DNA of 64,000 nucleotides from Lama glama (GCA_028534125.1 CM052816.1:24554001-24618000), one strand, 5' to 3'; counted from the first letter of the stretch, positions 22,844 through 35,743 are shown. Notes: generated by a model not told the origin, from the letters alone. Numbers and translations: made by a program.

Positions 22844-23360
22844 CTATCAAAACAGGGCGGGGTAAGTTTTCTCCCCAGTGTATTTAAACACATAGCATCA
22901 ACCACAAGGCAAATCAGTCCCTCAATGTGCACAATGGCCAAGAATATAAACAGATGCCCTCACCAGCTGGTTGAGTGTTTTGGGGTTGAAATCCAATTCT
23001 CAAGCAAATAAGGACTGAAAAGATACAAGGGCAATCTGTCCTTGCCCGCTGACTCATGGGGACGATTCAGCTACAGCAGTTCATAATATTACTAAAGAAG
23101 AGGTCAGAAAATAGTACATATTTCTCTCTTTCAACCACTCCAACAGTATGTCTATCCAAGAGATGTTTCTTAAATGTGTGTAAAGGGAAGTGAGTTTTTT
23201 CTTTTTTTAACCACAGAGGCAATCCCTTTTCCTTGAACTTTCAAACTAGCCTTTCTTGAGAGTCCCTTCTTAGTTGCTAGCTCGGAAGATGTTTTGTTTT
23301 GGGTTGGTTTTTTGTTTTTGTTTTTCAGGGGTGAGATAAGGACGTTTTGTGGAGAATTAA

Positions 23361-23446
23361 TTTTTGTAATGGAAGTACTGGGGATTCAACCCAGGACCTT
23401 GTGCATGCTAAGCATATGCTCTACCACTGAGCTATACCCTCCCCCC
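23361..23446 (-). mobile_element. tRNA-derived SINE (Vic-1-like), short-tailed
   Basis: ggggagggtatagctcagtggtagagcatatgcttagcatgcacaaggtcctgggttgaatcccc; flanking agaattaa repeat. Confidence 0.88.
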
Positions 23447-23486
23447 AAGAATTAAATTTCAGTAAAGATACACGAATCTCCCAGAC

Positions 23487-23598
23487 CTCGCGAATTCTCA
23501 GATTCAGGGGTCTGAGATCCAGAACTGCTGTATCCTTCCATGTCTTGCCTTCTTTGCCGAACCACTCCGTCCAGATCTGAGAATTCATCGTTGAAATC
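23487..23598 (-). CDS. GRAMD2B: GRAMD2B exon 9 (112 bp): DFNDEFSDLDGVVRQRRQDMEGYSSSGSQTPESENSR(D)
   Basis: Acceptor atttcccctcag, weak donor GAG|gtctgg; phase fits exon 10. Confidence 0.93.
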
Positions 23599-24709
23599 CT
23601 GAGGGGAAATAATGAAATGGTGAAAGGCCCGTTTTCCCTTATTCAACAGGCAGGCCTTTGTAACTCCTGGCCCTGTCTCTTAGGTCTGACTTGTAACATA
23701 CGGGCAAGAAAGAAGGATTACCCCACACTACTGGGTTTTCCCAGCACATCACAGAGTGTCTGGTTACTGCAACATATTTTTCTGGGCAATGAGAATTCTG
23801 TCAAGAAACAGTGGCCAACTTGTTTGAAACAACAAGTGTGTAGAAAAAACTTGGAACACTGATGATTGAAAAGCTTCCAGGGTAAAGCTGGAGAAGTCTC
23901 CTGAGCACTTTGTAAGGAGAAAACGTGACTGAAATAGACATATGCAAGAGAAAAAAGGAGCTAGAAAGCTCTAAATTCATGTTCTAAATGCAGAGAAAGG
24001 TATTCTCAAATAAGAGCTTAAAAAACGGTATTGGAAACAGAAAAGGGAAAATTAAAGATACTGGAAGGAAAGTTGTTGCTTTTTTCTTCCCACAACCAGA
24101 TCAAAATGGGGTCAGTGACATTGCTTCTAAGTGGCAAAAGGGTGACAGAGGAATGGGAGGTGGGGAAAAAGCAGTGGTGTTCTACTTTGTCACCCAGTGT
24201 TGCCCCAAAGTACTTAAGAACTGGGAGACACAAGAGGCAACATTAAAGTGTCCCAGTGAAGGTACAGTTAGGCTGAGCTTGTCACTGTTTAGTTAGCAGC
24301 CAAGTGAAGAAGAGTGGACTCATCTTGTAAGTAAGTTACCAGCCTTTCACCTTCAACTAGCTGTCACTTGACCATTTCAACAGTCTTTTCAATTTCATGC
24401 AAGAACTTATAGGGAGAGGCAAGTCAAAAAATACAGGTCTCTTCAATTAAATAATTATTCCTTGAATGCCTGTTACATAGCAGGCAGGAGGCAAAGCTGC
24501 ACACACGTGACTGCACCTGCTCTTCGCAGGCACGTCAAGAGGCTGGCATTTTACTGGATGAAGAAACTAAGTCAGAGCAGTTAGAGAGCTTGCCCGACGG
24601 CATGGCTCAGCTGGGTGGGACCCAGTTTCAAACCAGGTTTGTGGGATTCCAAACCATACGTGTCTCATTCTATTTTGTATCGCTTCCCACTATTTTTTTA
24701 AGATGGGTT

Positions 24710-25205
24710 TTTTTTTTAAATGAGATAAAATTTGCCATTTTAAGTATACAGTTTAGTGGTTTTTAGAATCATCACATGGTTGTACAACCATCACCACTGT
24801 CTTCAGAATATTTCCACTCCACCGCCCCTCACCAAAATGAAACGCTTTACCCATTAGCAGTCACTCAATTTCTCCCTCCTCCTGTCCCTTGGCAACCACT
24901 AATTCATTTTCTGACCCCATGAATTTGTTCAGGACATTTCATATAAATGGAGTCATACAATATGTGCCCTTTTATGTCTGGCTTCTTTCACTTAGCAGAA
25001 CATTTCCAAGGTTCATCCATGTTGTATTATTATCTGTCAGTAGTTCCTCCTTTTTATGGTCAAATAATGTTTCATTGTATGGATACATTACATTTTAGTT
25101 AGCCATTTATCAGTTGATGGATATGAGGGTTATTTCCACTTTTTGGTTATAATGAATAAAGCAGCTATGAACATTCTTGTATAAGTTTTGTGTGAACATG
25201 TTTTC
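24710..25205 (-). mobile_element. L1 3'UTR fragment (L1MB-like)
   Basis: ggacatttcatataaatggagtcatacaatatgtg...ttctttcacttagca...ggttcatccatgttgta. Confidence 0.8.
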
Positions 25206-25977
25206 ACCTTTCAATCCCTGTACTACCGCTCTCAAAAAAGATTTGTAGATGTTGAAACTGTGGGCTCATACTGCTTTACCAAAGGTATTAAAACACTGAA
25301 CAGTAGTCAGTTTGGGAACAACCATTTGAAAAATATGGCTAGGACTTTCTTGGGCCTACATTATACCATCATGGGTATAAATCTTGCACAAATAGGAAGA
25401 GCTACTTTCCATTAGAGATTTACTCTGTGCTCAACAAAGTCTAAAGGAATCAAAGAATCTCTACCTTTGACTTGGGCATTATAGCTTTCTTCTTTTACAG
25501 TTATCTCTGGGTATCCCTCATGTTCTCTACTAAGCTGTAAAGTCTTTGAAGGCAAGTAACTAGTTTTGTTTTCTCCTGGTATCCTAGGGGTACACCAGCA
25601 TGGTGCCTTGACCATCAAAGACATTTGACACCTTGTGGGATGAAAGATGCCCTACCCCAAAAAGATTGGTGAATCCCTCTAAAACAACACTGACAAAAAG
25701 ACCAAGATTTTATGAATACCTCCATGGACCAGTAACTCGCCAAGACAGCCTTCTATCATGTTTCTTTCCTTTTGCAGGATGACTCTTCTATTACTTGAAA
25801 AAGTTTATGGCCTCTTTGATCCCCTTTTCTTTAGGACAGAAATGTCCTGTTTCTTCAACTTTGCCTAATATCATGGTCCTAAGTTCCTCCCACACCCCAG
25901 TCGAGGTGTAAGAAGAAGTGTAATTATGAGACATTCTCACTTTCTCTTGCATTTAGATAGTTGTGTAGGCAACTCAC

Positions 25978-26058
25978 CAGAGGCAGAGATGAAGGGCGGT
26001 CTGCCCGGAAACTGTTTTCAAGAGGAGACGGATTGGGACTGTTGCCAATACTTGTGTT
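25978..26058 (-). CDS. GRAMD2B: GRAMD2B exon 8 (81 bp): NTSIGNSPNPSPLENSFRADRPSSLPL
   Basis: Acceptor cactaatttcag, donor CTG|gtgagt. Confidence 0.95.
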
Positions 26059-26157
26059 CTGAAATTAGTGAAACAAAATGAAAAAAATCAGATCAACTAT
26101 GAAACCGTAAGAATCACAGAAGAGACAGCAACTGAGGCTCAGGGATGTTGTACTCAC

Positions 26158-26229
26158 TTCTAAGTGTCCACAGACAGATTTTAGTAGTTTGTAAGTTGAA
26201 TCTCTGGAGAGCAAGGAGACAAATATGTA
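26158..26229 (-). CDS. GRAMD2B: GRAMD2B exon 7 (72 bp): YIFVSLLSRDSTYKLLKSVCGHLE
   Basis: Acceptor ttgtttttcag, donor GAA|gtgagt. Confidence 0.96.
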
Positions 26230-26346
26230 CTGAAAAACAAAATAACAATTATTAACAGATACTGCCTGATGAGAAGTGAGAGTCCAGAGTTCAAAAATTT
26301 ATCTGTATATGTATTTTTCATTTTCAAACAACATAGACTACATTCT

Positions 26347-26753
26347 TTTTAAAAATTTTATCTTTTACTGAAGTGTAGTTGATTTAGAATGTTTCACGTG
26401 TACAGCAAAGCGACTCAGTTATACATATACATACATATATATATTTTTCAGATTCTTTTCCTAGCTTATTATAAGAAATTGAATATAGCTCCCTGTGATA
26501 TACCGTAGATCCTTGTTGTTTATGTATTTTATGTATAGTAATGTGTATCTGTTCATCCCAAACTCCTAATTTATCCCTCCCTCCCTTTTCCCCTTTGGTA
26601 ACTATAGTTTGTTTTCTATGTCCGTGAGTCTATTTTTGGTTTGTAAATAAAATTTGTATCTTTTTTTTTTTTTGATTCCACATGTAAGTGATATATACTA
26701 TTTGTCTTTGTCTGTCTGACTTTACTTAATATGATAATCCCTAGGTCCATCTG
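26347..26753 (-). mobile_element. Young 5'-truncated L1 3' end with TSD
   Basis: actgaagtgtagttgattta...; TSD acatagacta(c/t)attct at 26331-26346 and 26754-26769. Confidence 0.88.
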
Positions 26754-27429
26754 ACATAGACTATATTCTATACAGAGTCTATATTCTTATTCTGCTTACC
26801 CACACCCACACCTTTTTATTCCATTCCCGGAATAAAGCAAATATATCCCATAATAGCAACAAAACCCTAAAATACAATTTAAATAATACAGAAGTGTAGG
26901 ACAGAATGAAGTCCCAATACCCTGACACTGGTGCCCTAAACAAGCATTGATAGAAAAAGACCTGGACATGAAAAAAAAAAAGGCTAGTGGTATCTGCCAT
27001 GTCCTCTTTAAAGTCCCTCTTCCTCCCTTCCTATGCCCACCCCTTTTAAAGGTGTTTAACAATTCCCGAGGTCAGCTTTGTCTGCTCTGACCTAGATTTC
27101 CATTGACAGTTTCCCAGCAGCTCTAATAGGCTCATTCTTTTTCAAGCCACTTCCAGATTCCTTCTTGTACAAATATGGAGACTTTCTCGTGGATGCTTCT
27201 AAGTAAGTTATGGGGAAAAAGTAAAATCAGAGCTAGACAAGTCATTTGGAGACAAATAACGTAAGGAAAAATGATTTTACCATGAACCATATGCTGAGAA
27301 AATATAAAAGCTCATTCTTTTCCTTCTATTTGAGCCACGGGATCTTTTCACACCCCTTTTCCAAAGTTTGTAATTACCCTCTCGCTCACCCATGACAGAA
27401 CTTGATACACTTTCCAAGCAAATACTGTA

Positions 27430-27670
27430 TTCCAAAGTAGTTAACATTATGGATTCTGGCATTAGGCAGACTGACTTGCAGCTTTTGGCTCTGATACTTA
27501 CCAAGTGGGTGACACTGGGCAAATGGCTTACTTAATCCCGCTTAGTTTCAGGTTTCTTAACAATTCCTATCCCCTTACAGCGTGGTAGTGTGGAAAGAAC
27601 GTGTAAATGTAAGAAGAGCATTTTGTGCATGCCTGGTGAGAAGGACCTGATGCCCGTTAGCCATTAGTAT
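27430..27670 (+). mobile_element. MIR SINE
   Basis: ggattctggcattaggcagactg...ggctctgatacttacca...gacactgggcaaatggctta. Confidence 0.6.
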
Positions 27671-28545
27671 TTAAAAAACTAAAAAATCTCAGAATAGATA
27701 TTAACATGTTTCTTAGCTCATCAGAATAGCCTCTTTTATCTTTCCTTCTCTCTCCTTCTTTAGTTATTCAGTGTGGTTAGCCATGAAATGTAGCTTTTAT
27801 GCTTTCATAGAAATAGGAGGTAAAATATTTAAAAAATCATTTCAAGTCAAAATGAGTAAGCAAACTATTTCACACCCTCTCTCTTGCCAAGCTAAAACAA
27901 ACACCACTCTCCAGGCAAATACTGCACATGTCTGGGGTAGCCCAACAGTCAACGACAACTCTCGAATTGCTGTATCGAAGAGTAGTTAAGACAACCTGGA
28001 AGCAAAGAGAGGCTGGGAACTGGTCCTGAAGCTGCACGTGAATAGCAAGCACAAGTTTGATGCCTTTGGGTTGGCTCTGGAGAGGCTCCAATGGAGGTGG
28101 TGGGGAGGATGGCCACCCGGCCCCAGGGACTCCTCAGCGTCACCCTGCCTCACCCTGAGAACAAGGTGGTGGTGGTGGTGTTTTAAATAATATGAAAGCA
28201 ATGAAATATATCCTGTTAGCCTGACCTGACCTAATAGATGTTAGGGAAAGGGAAGTTGGGAAAGAATTTTATTTTTTTGACCCTAGTCAAGCAAGTATAA
28301 TGAATTCAGCAGGAAATTCAAAACTGACAACAATTATATTAGAATAAATCACCTTGTTGGGGAAACAACACACACATCTCTAAGGGCTGTGATCTCATTA
28401 ATTAGTTTTCAAAGCATATCTCCTGATTCACCGTAGGAGATGATGGTATTTATGGTTCAGAGTTTCAGTCCTTGGCAAGGGGCCCCTAAGGTAGTGAAAC
28501 CCTGAGCAGGACAAAGGAAGGTGCCCTTGCCTGTTGTGTACTCAC

Positions 28546-28641
28546 CCTGTCTGTGACCGTCGCTATAATCAGAGCATTTGGCACCAGAAGGGCAGTTTTG
28601 GTTTTCTTTATAAGGGTTACTGAGAAAGCCGGAATAGAGAT
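28546..28641 (-). CDS. GRAMD2B: GRAMD2B exon 6 (96 bp): ISIPAFSVTLIKKTKTALLVPNALIIATVTDR
   Basis: Acceptor ttctgtttcag, donor AGG|gtgagt; GRAM KKTKTA..PNA motif. Confidence 0.97.
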
Positions 28642-29034
28642 CTGAAACAGAATCACTGAGTTAACACTGGTTTGGGCTTCACAGAGCAGCACTCCAAATC
28701 TTCACATAAAGGGAAAATAAAAAAAGATCAATCAAAACCAGGGGCAAGCTCTCCAGCCTCCATGAAGAAAAACGAATCTTAAAGAGTGGCACAGGTATAT
28801 CACTTGAGCTCCTCAACGTGGTGTTTACAAAGCTGGAGGATAAATCTGGATCAAGTCTACTGAAGGGCTTGATGGGAAACCTTTATCTGTAGACATGGGA
28901 AGAGAATGCAAAATGTACACTTATTTTAAAGGTAAGCCCAAGGCTCTGAAGAAGTTACATGCTTATGGTCATTCACTTTGAGCTAATCTCCACATACCTG
29001 ACTCCCCTCTGACCTTAGGGGAAAACAGTGCAAT

Positions 29035-29250
29035 GCCCTGGTGTAGTAGAACCGTTATTGGACAGGAAGTTGAAGACATGAATTCTTAGTTGTTTTACTT
29101 TCTACATGACCTACTAAAACTTAAGAGCTATCTTTCCTTGGCCTCAGTTTCCCAACTTGTAAAACACAGATAGTCTTACCTACGTCCCATAATTGGCTGT
29201 GGATTAAATGCGATAATATATGGAAAATGCCTAACACTCAGTAAAAATGT
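29035..29250 (+). mobile_element. MIR SINE
   Basis: gcctcagtttcccaacttgtaaaa...ggattaaatgcgataat. Confidence 0.6.
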
Positions 29251-31987
29251 CATTCACTTCCTCATTTGTCTCATAAAAAGAGGATCGGTGAAATGAAAGA
29301 AATAAAGATTAACAATGACAGTTATAGTAGCTACCACTGTCAGTACCTGTTTACCAGATGACGCATGTCCTTTAACTATGACATTCCTATAAAGTAGATA
29401 TTCTACGAGATAAAGGAGTTTCTTTGGCGAGGTATAGGATTTGTTCAAGGTCATAAATATAATAAGTTACAAAGACAGAATGTGAACTAATTTGATCCAA
29501 AATATGGGTTCTTTTTAATACAGTGTGCTCCATGCCACAAAGCATGGACCACACTGTATCAGATACGACAAAGAATAGCAGGTGTTCCTGATACTGTAAT
29601 GCTATGTCCCTTCAACCATGTTTAGTCTCAAAACTGGATCTCATCTCTTTGTCACACACCCCTCTCCTGGTGGCAGGAAAAGGACCTGAATCCCTCCGCA
29701 GGTGCACTCACTGACTTGAATGTATGGTTTGTAAAAAAGGGTTCACGTACTCTGAAAGAGCTCAGCAAGGTCAGTGGGGACGAGGAGGGCCTTGTATATG
29801 TACTGCCAGCTGGAAGGATGAAAACTGAGCTTTTAATTTTGAAAATTTTTAATTTTGAATATTTGCATTCCTATTTAGGTTTAGGAGATAGAGTTAGGCT
29901 ACTGCTCCTCAAAGTACCAGATGGAAGACCATGGGAGAATGTGGGGCTAATTTAAATTCGATGTTAAAGAGAAAAAAACTCTTTTGCCAAAGAATTCTAC
30001 CCACAAAACGTGTGAAGTGTGGGAGACAGTTCAGAAGTTATAAGTTGGGATCACTTTGGAAAGCTCTACCAAGATAGATGATAGTATAAAAATGAGTCTC
30101 ATTTTATTTCTGAGCAGCAACACAAACACAGTGACAAGGGGCTATAAATTTGGATTTTTGCATAATCTAAGGCATGGAACAAACACCCTTATGAAGTTCT
30201 CAATCAACTGCTTCATGAGTATAAAAATGACAACTAGATAACATTTGAGAAATAAAGCATGAATCACTTCTCAGTTTGAGCCTGGATGGAATGGGATGTG
30301 TGCATTTAATTTTACTTGCATCTAAAAATACACACAGGCTGACTGAAAGGTCCTGATTGAATTAAGGTTTCACCTTATTAATATTTTTCCTGGGTAGGGG
30401 GCTTAGAAAACTCCCTTTCCTAGAGTAAATTGTTGGGTTGCTTTTAGTTCATATTGGATCACACTGGACTAAGTCCTTTTGGCAGTGAGGAAATTTGGCT
30501 AGTGAGCTGAAGCCCAAGTCTCCCTGACACCATCCTCAGTGGGGAAGGAATGTGCAAGTCACCATCGTGGTTCACATTGTCCCGCTCACTTTGGTCTCTT
30601 AGATTAGATGCAGCACATGCAAGAGCAATTCCAGCGCATCAATGCCTTTAAAAAACCAGCTCGCTCCTTTAAGCTTTTTTTGGTATGTTCTCTCTAAGGT
30701 AGAGGTAGGATTTTGAAACCACTGCTGCAGTCATACTAGCTTGAAACTGCACTCACTGGCTTTGTGAATTCCTCATCCCTTAACAAAGACTAATTCTTTG
30801 TTCACTAATGTTTTCAACCCCTGCTGCTTTGGTTGGAGGTGTTGGCTCTCTGTATTCCTAAGAATTAATCTTAATCCCACTGGACTGGAGATGAGTACTA
30901 CTCAGTCCCCTTCCCCACTCCCTGAACAAGTGCTTATAATCCAGAAATCTAGAAATACAGTGCAACACTACTGAATACTGCTTTGCATTATACTGATTCA
31001 AATAATACTGTGAATCAAAATGATGTTTATCTGCACATAACCCTACACAATAAAAATCACACGTTTGATGTTAGTCTGCTGATTCAACACCAACCAAAGT
31101 AAGGAACTGCCATCATATTTGTTAAGTGGTCTTAATGCATAAGGCTGCCAGTGGCTTTACGGAGAATATTTAAATAAAACATCTCCCATTCAAAACAAAA
31201 AGAGTTTTTAAATCAGCTACTTCATGAGTAGAAAAGCTGCGTATTCAGAAGCATGAATCAAAATGATTAAAAACTCAGACGTCCCACAAACCCTGGGTGT
31301 TTCTCTGACTCCTTATTCTGGTTGCCTGAATGAACTGTGTGATATCACAGCTCAAAGGGAAGGAATGTCAGTGGGATGGAAGCAGCTTTTTCTTTCTGGT
31401 GCCAAAGTCCAAGGTCCTTATTTTAGAAGGTGGTGCCCTGGGAAAGCTGCCAATTCCTTCAGACTATTCTCCTTAATGCAGGTGTCACAGGCCTTTGCGC
31501 CTCCAGATGTGTGTTTAGTGAGGATGAGAAGATGTCAATCAACGACCACAGGGGATTGTGGGTATGTGACTCTTCCAGACTCGACCTAAAATGCCCCAAT
31601 TACTGCTCATTTTGTGCTGGTGTTTCTTTAAAAAATTGTTTTGGGTTTAATGTATGTCTTTGAAACAAAGTAGGGCACACCCTCCATATGAAGAACTTTG
31701 AGAGTTTGCTGGTGACAGCTGGTAAAAAGGATTTAAGGTAGGATTATGGGAGAGATGCCTGTATGTAAGGAAATGCATGAAAGAGTAGTGTTGAGGGAAA
31801 AAGGGAAGTTAGTGTCATCTGGAGGCATTTACAGCCTGTAGTATTTGGAACTACAGTAAAGGAAATTTGCTATAGAAGTATAATAATGACACAAATATTT
31901 AGAAACATTGCTATATTTAAAACAAGTCAGATACACAATATATTAAAAAATGTGGTTAGCTTTCTTTTAAAAAATAATTATACCAAC

Positions 31988-32091
31988 CTTAGTGTCTTTC
32001 CCAAAGACCTTGGAATGAAAACAAATCCAGTTTTCAGATACAAAGAGCTTCCCTTGGTATAATATTTCTTTCTGTAGAGCACAGGTAAAAC
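31988..32091 (-). CDS. GRAMD2B: GRAMD2B exon 5 (104 bp): FTCALQKEILYQGKLFVSENWICFHSKVFGKDTK, GRAM domain core
   Basis: Acceptor ttgttttctcag, donor AAG|gttggt; typical GRAM (PH-like) motif. Confidence 0.97.
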
Positions 32092-33008
32092 CTGAGAAAA
32101 CAAATACACGTATAGCATCATTCAGAATTCCCATTTCAAATGAAAATTGTGTATATATGTTGGTGACCCAGGGATGGGCAGAGAGAATACACACGCACAT
32201 CCACAAAAGATCTCTCACCTCTTGTTCAGTCCTCTAGTGGAACACAGCTACGGGGACGAGAGTTTGTTTCTAATTTAAAGTCTCACAAGCTTCAGTGTAA
32301 ACGTCAAAATGGAAAGGTAAGCCTGTCATTGTAAATGAGAGTTCAAGAATGATGTTTCAAAAGTCTCCTCTGTTTGGGAAGGTGTGTCACCCCTGTGCTA
32401 ATCTGAGCAATGCTGCCCCTCCTTCCCTGGGATGGCCACTAATGACTCCTTTTGAAAGAGGCGGTCTCACTGTGGGATGAGCACGTGACCCACAATTTCC
32501 TGTTTGGAGATGGTGGTGGGAATCCAGCGTGTCGCCTGAACATTTGTAGACCAAGGGAGGCTGGGATGGAACCATGGGCCCTGATGCACCTCAGCGGAGC
32601 GGAACAGGTGCTTATCTGGCCCACTGGCCAGACGTTTAGATGTGATCACTGAGCCCTGCAAAGCTCAAGGTTGACACATCTGTCCATCTAGGTCTATGTG
32701 GCCTTCTTCTGGTGGCCTCTCTTGCTCTTATTTTGTTGTCCTAAAACTCAGTACAATCCAATCACAACGCATTTCAGCAGTGAACATGGGAGGCGATGGA
32801 TGATTCCATATCACGGAGAGAAATTCAGTTTCCCATTCTACTCCCTTACCTTTCAAGGTGTTTGGTGAAAGTTGAATGAATGAAGTCGGCATTACTGTTA
32901 CACCATGACTTTCAGAAACCTATTCCCCTTCGTGATTAGGTCCCCAGGCTCTTCTCTCCCCAAATCAATGATCATCTTTTCAAATAGGTAGCTTAAAAAG
33001 TCAAAAAG

Positions 33009-33344
33009 GGGGAGGGTATAGCTCAGTAGTAGAGTGCATGCTTAGTATACATGGGGTCCTGGGTTCAACCCCCAGTATCTCTACTAAAAAAAAAAATTAA
33101 ATTAAAAATTAATTAAAAAATATATAAAGAAACCTAATTACACCCCCCCCAAAAAAACGCAAAACAAATTTGAGGGGGAGGGTGTAGCTCAATGGTAGAG
33201 CGTGTGCTTTAGCATGTGCAAGGTCCTGGGTTCAATCCCCAGTACCTCCGTTTAAATAAATAAATAAATAAACCTAATTAACTCCCCACTAAAAATAAAT
33301 AAAACAAACAAATCACCCTGTATTAACTCACACAGAAAATTTTT
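33009..33344 (+). mobile_element. Two tandem or nested tRNA-derived SINEs (Vic-1-like)
   Basis: Two heads (about 33008 and 33174), each with A/B boxes and an aaacctaatta tail motif; outer TSD ttaaaaagtcaaaaag at 32993-33008 and 33345-33360. Confidence 0.92.
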
Positions 33345-33372
33345 TTAAAAAGTCAAAAAGGTGAGAACTTAC

Positions 33373-33439
33373 TTTGCCTCAGGGGTTCCTCGGTGGGGAC
33401 ATCCAGAAACAACTTGTGGAAGTGCATGTTTGCCTTGTC
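33373..33439 (-). CDS. GRAMD2B: GRAMD2B exon 4 (67 bp): DKANMHFHKLFLDVPTEEPLRQ(S), start of GRAM domain
   Basis: Acceptor ccctcttgtag, donor AAA|gtaagt. Confidence 0.95.
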
Positions 33440-33819
33440 CTACAAGAGGGACAGAACACAGGTACCACTGCTCTCGCTTGTGGAAATATCACAGACTGTA
33501 ACTTCAATTTAAATTATGCAACAAATTGCCCCTCCCTGAATAAAGTATCTTTAAGAATTCCTTCTCTCTGATCTGATCTCCAACACAACCCTTCAGTGAA
33601 CAACAGTGGAAGGCAAGGCACAAAGGTGTCATTTTCCAGCAAGATTAGTGACTTGCTGGTTGGACAGTCATCTATAACCATGATGCAGCTGGTGGTCAGC
33701 CTTCTGCTGAAGTGTCTGGACAAGGACGTCCCTAACAAGGCGTGAGATGGAATTGTAAGAAATCTCACCAGGTAGTGGATCCCAGAACACTAAAGATACA
33801 AGAGAGTACTCTTAGAAGA

Positions 33820-34010
33820 GGGTAGTGATTAAAAGCTCTGTTCTCAGATAACCCTGAGTTTAAGTCTTGGCCGCATCTCTTCTGTGGTGTGTGATTGCGG
33901 CCTAGTTACTTAACCTCTCTGGGCCACAGTCCTCTCTTCTGTGCCAGAGGGTAAAACAGCACCTGCCTCAAAGGGATGCCGTAAGGCTTGAACAGGGTAA
34001 GACATCTAAA
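33820..34010 (+). mobile_element. MIR SINE
   Basis: gtagtgattaaaagc...cctgagtttaagtcttgg...agttacttaacctctctg. Confidence 0.65.
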
Positions 34011-34617
34011 GGACCTACTCCCTGGTTTTGTCATTTTCCCTAGTACTGCTGTGAAGGCATTTCCTTGGCCAGTGTTGGGGGAGATGACAAGTAGGATTTC
34101 ACACACAAGACTTAACGCCCTAGGGTGGTACAAGGCCCAACAGTCTGACATGCTGCACATCACTTCATTTTCGAGGCATCTGTTTCCACAGCTATGACAA
34201 CTGTGGATAGACAGCAATTATATAGCTTGTAAAATGCTTTCACAGACACCACCCCCACCCCTACAATGACCTGGGAACTGATGTCCCCATTGCATAGGTC
34301 AGGACACTGTGTCTCAGGCACCACACGGCTACCAGGAGGGAGAGCTGGGTCCTCCGTCCACAGGACCACTCTTCTTCAAAAGCATCCTATTGGGCAGAGT
34401 CTTATGAGCACAACAGAGAGAAAGCACAAGTAGGCCCTTGATGATAATTATCCAAACTAGAAGTGGTCTCAAGGGCATAAATGTCCCTAGGATTGCTGTA
34501 GAGAAGAGTTGCAGACAGGCCATGCAGATGATGGTTGGTCCCTGCAAGCCAGCTATTTCACAGATGAATGCCTCATATAAAGTAGGGGAGCTCATGCAGC
34601 TTTCCAGAAGTACCTCT

Positions 34618-34775
34618 TTTTAAAATAATTTTTTTGTTTGTTTTTTGGGGGGAGGTAATTAGGTTTATTTACTTATTATTATTATTATTATTAATTTGAT
34701 GTAGATACTGGGGATTGAACCCATGACCTTGTGCATGCTAGGCATGTGCTCTACCACTGAGCTATACGCTCCCTG
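34618..34775 (-). mobile_element. tRNA-derived SINE (Vic-1-like)
   Basis: A/B boxes and (TAT)n tail; degenerate TSD cagaagtacctct / caggagtacatct. Confidence 0.88.
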
Positions 34776-35743
34776 CAGGAGTACATCTTGCATCCAGAAA
34801 GTTTCCTTGATTAAAGCTAGGTCTCCTGTGAGGGCTTTACTGAGACTTTTTTTTTAATGGCTACAGTGAGCACTGGTTGCATGCTTGATTTAAAAATATC
34901 CTGGGCCATGGAGTCTTCAAAAATGTGAATTTAGTAAAAATAACATTTTTAAGCAGGTAGGAACTGATCTGAATTAAAGGTGACATGACAAATACATGCA
35001 ATGCATAGCTCTTTTTTTTTCTTACTGAAGTATAGTTGATTTACAGTGTTGTCAGTGCAGGGCTCATGGTGGGCTTTTAGAGACGGGGGACGTCCCTCCT
35101 GAGACAGTTGTGGAAATTCAAAAATGGATTTTATGTTAATATTTTTGTATACTTGCTATTTAGTTAAATTTCTTGGGTGTGCCAGTAGTTTCTTGGTCTA
35201 GTTCTTAGGAGACACATATTCAAGTATTTAGGGCTGAAGTGTCAAAAAGCCCCAAACTGTTGGCCGCAGGAAGTGTGCCACACTCTACGACACAGAACCG
35301 GCTTTGTGACCTACATCTGGGTGTATTTTGGAGCAGAACCAGAACTGCTTCTGGGGGAGAACCATGACCCTGTTCCCAGGTTTCCTCCTCCGTGCACCAG
35401 TGGGAGGCCTTGTATTCACACAGGTGCCCTATCAGACTCTTTAATTGTACTGCAAAGATGTCACACCTCACCTGGTCTTGGCTAATCATCAGACAAGCAC
35501 AGGCCTCTGGGCTGGTCCCTGCTCTCCGGCACTTGTCAGGTGAGAGGTCACAGCATGCAGTATGTGTTGAAAGGTCAGCTGTGACATGTCATACTGATGA
35601 AAGACGCCTGAAGGAACTGCCTGTCCTTTCCGATTCTCTAAAATCTAAGCCTCTGTTAGTCCCTGACCCTGCGTTCCTTCCTTCCATTAGCTTTAATGCT
35701 TCTGTCACCCTCTGGGACAAGACACATCTCGTTCCCAAATTAC

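Noticed and set aside
33008..33250. tRNA genes
   Set aside because: The tRNA-like heads have diverged, are followed by AT-rich tails and are flanked by TSDs, so they are SINEs (also at 18815, 23361 and 34618)
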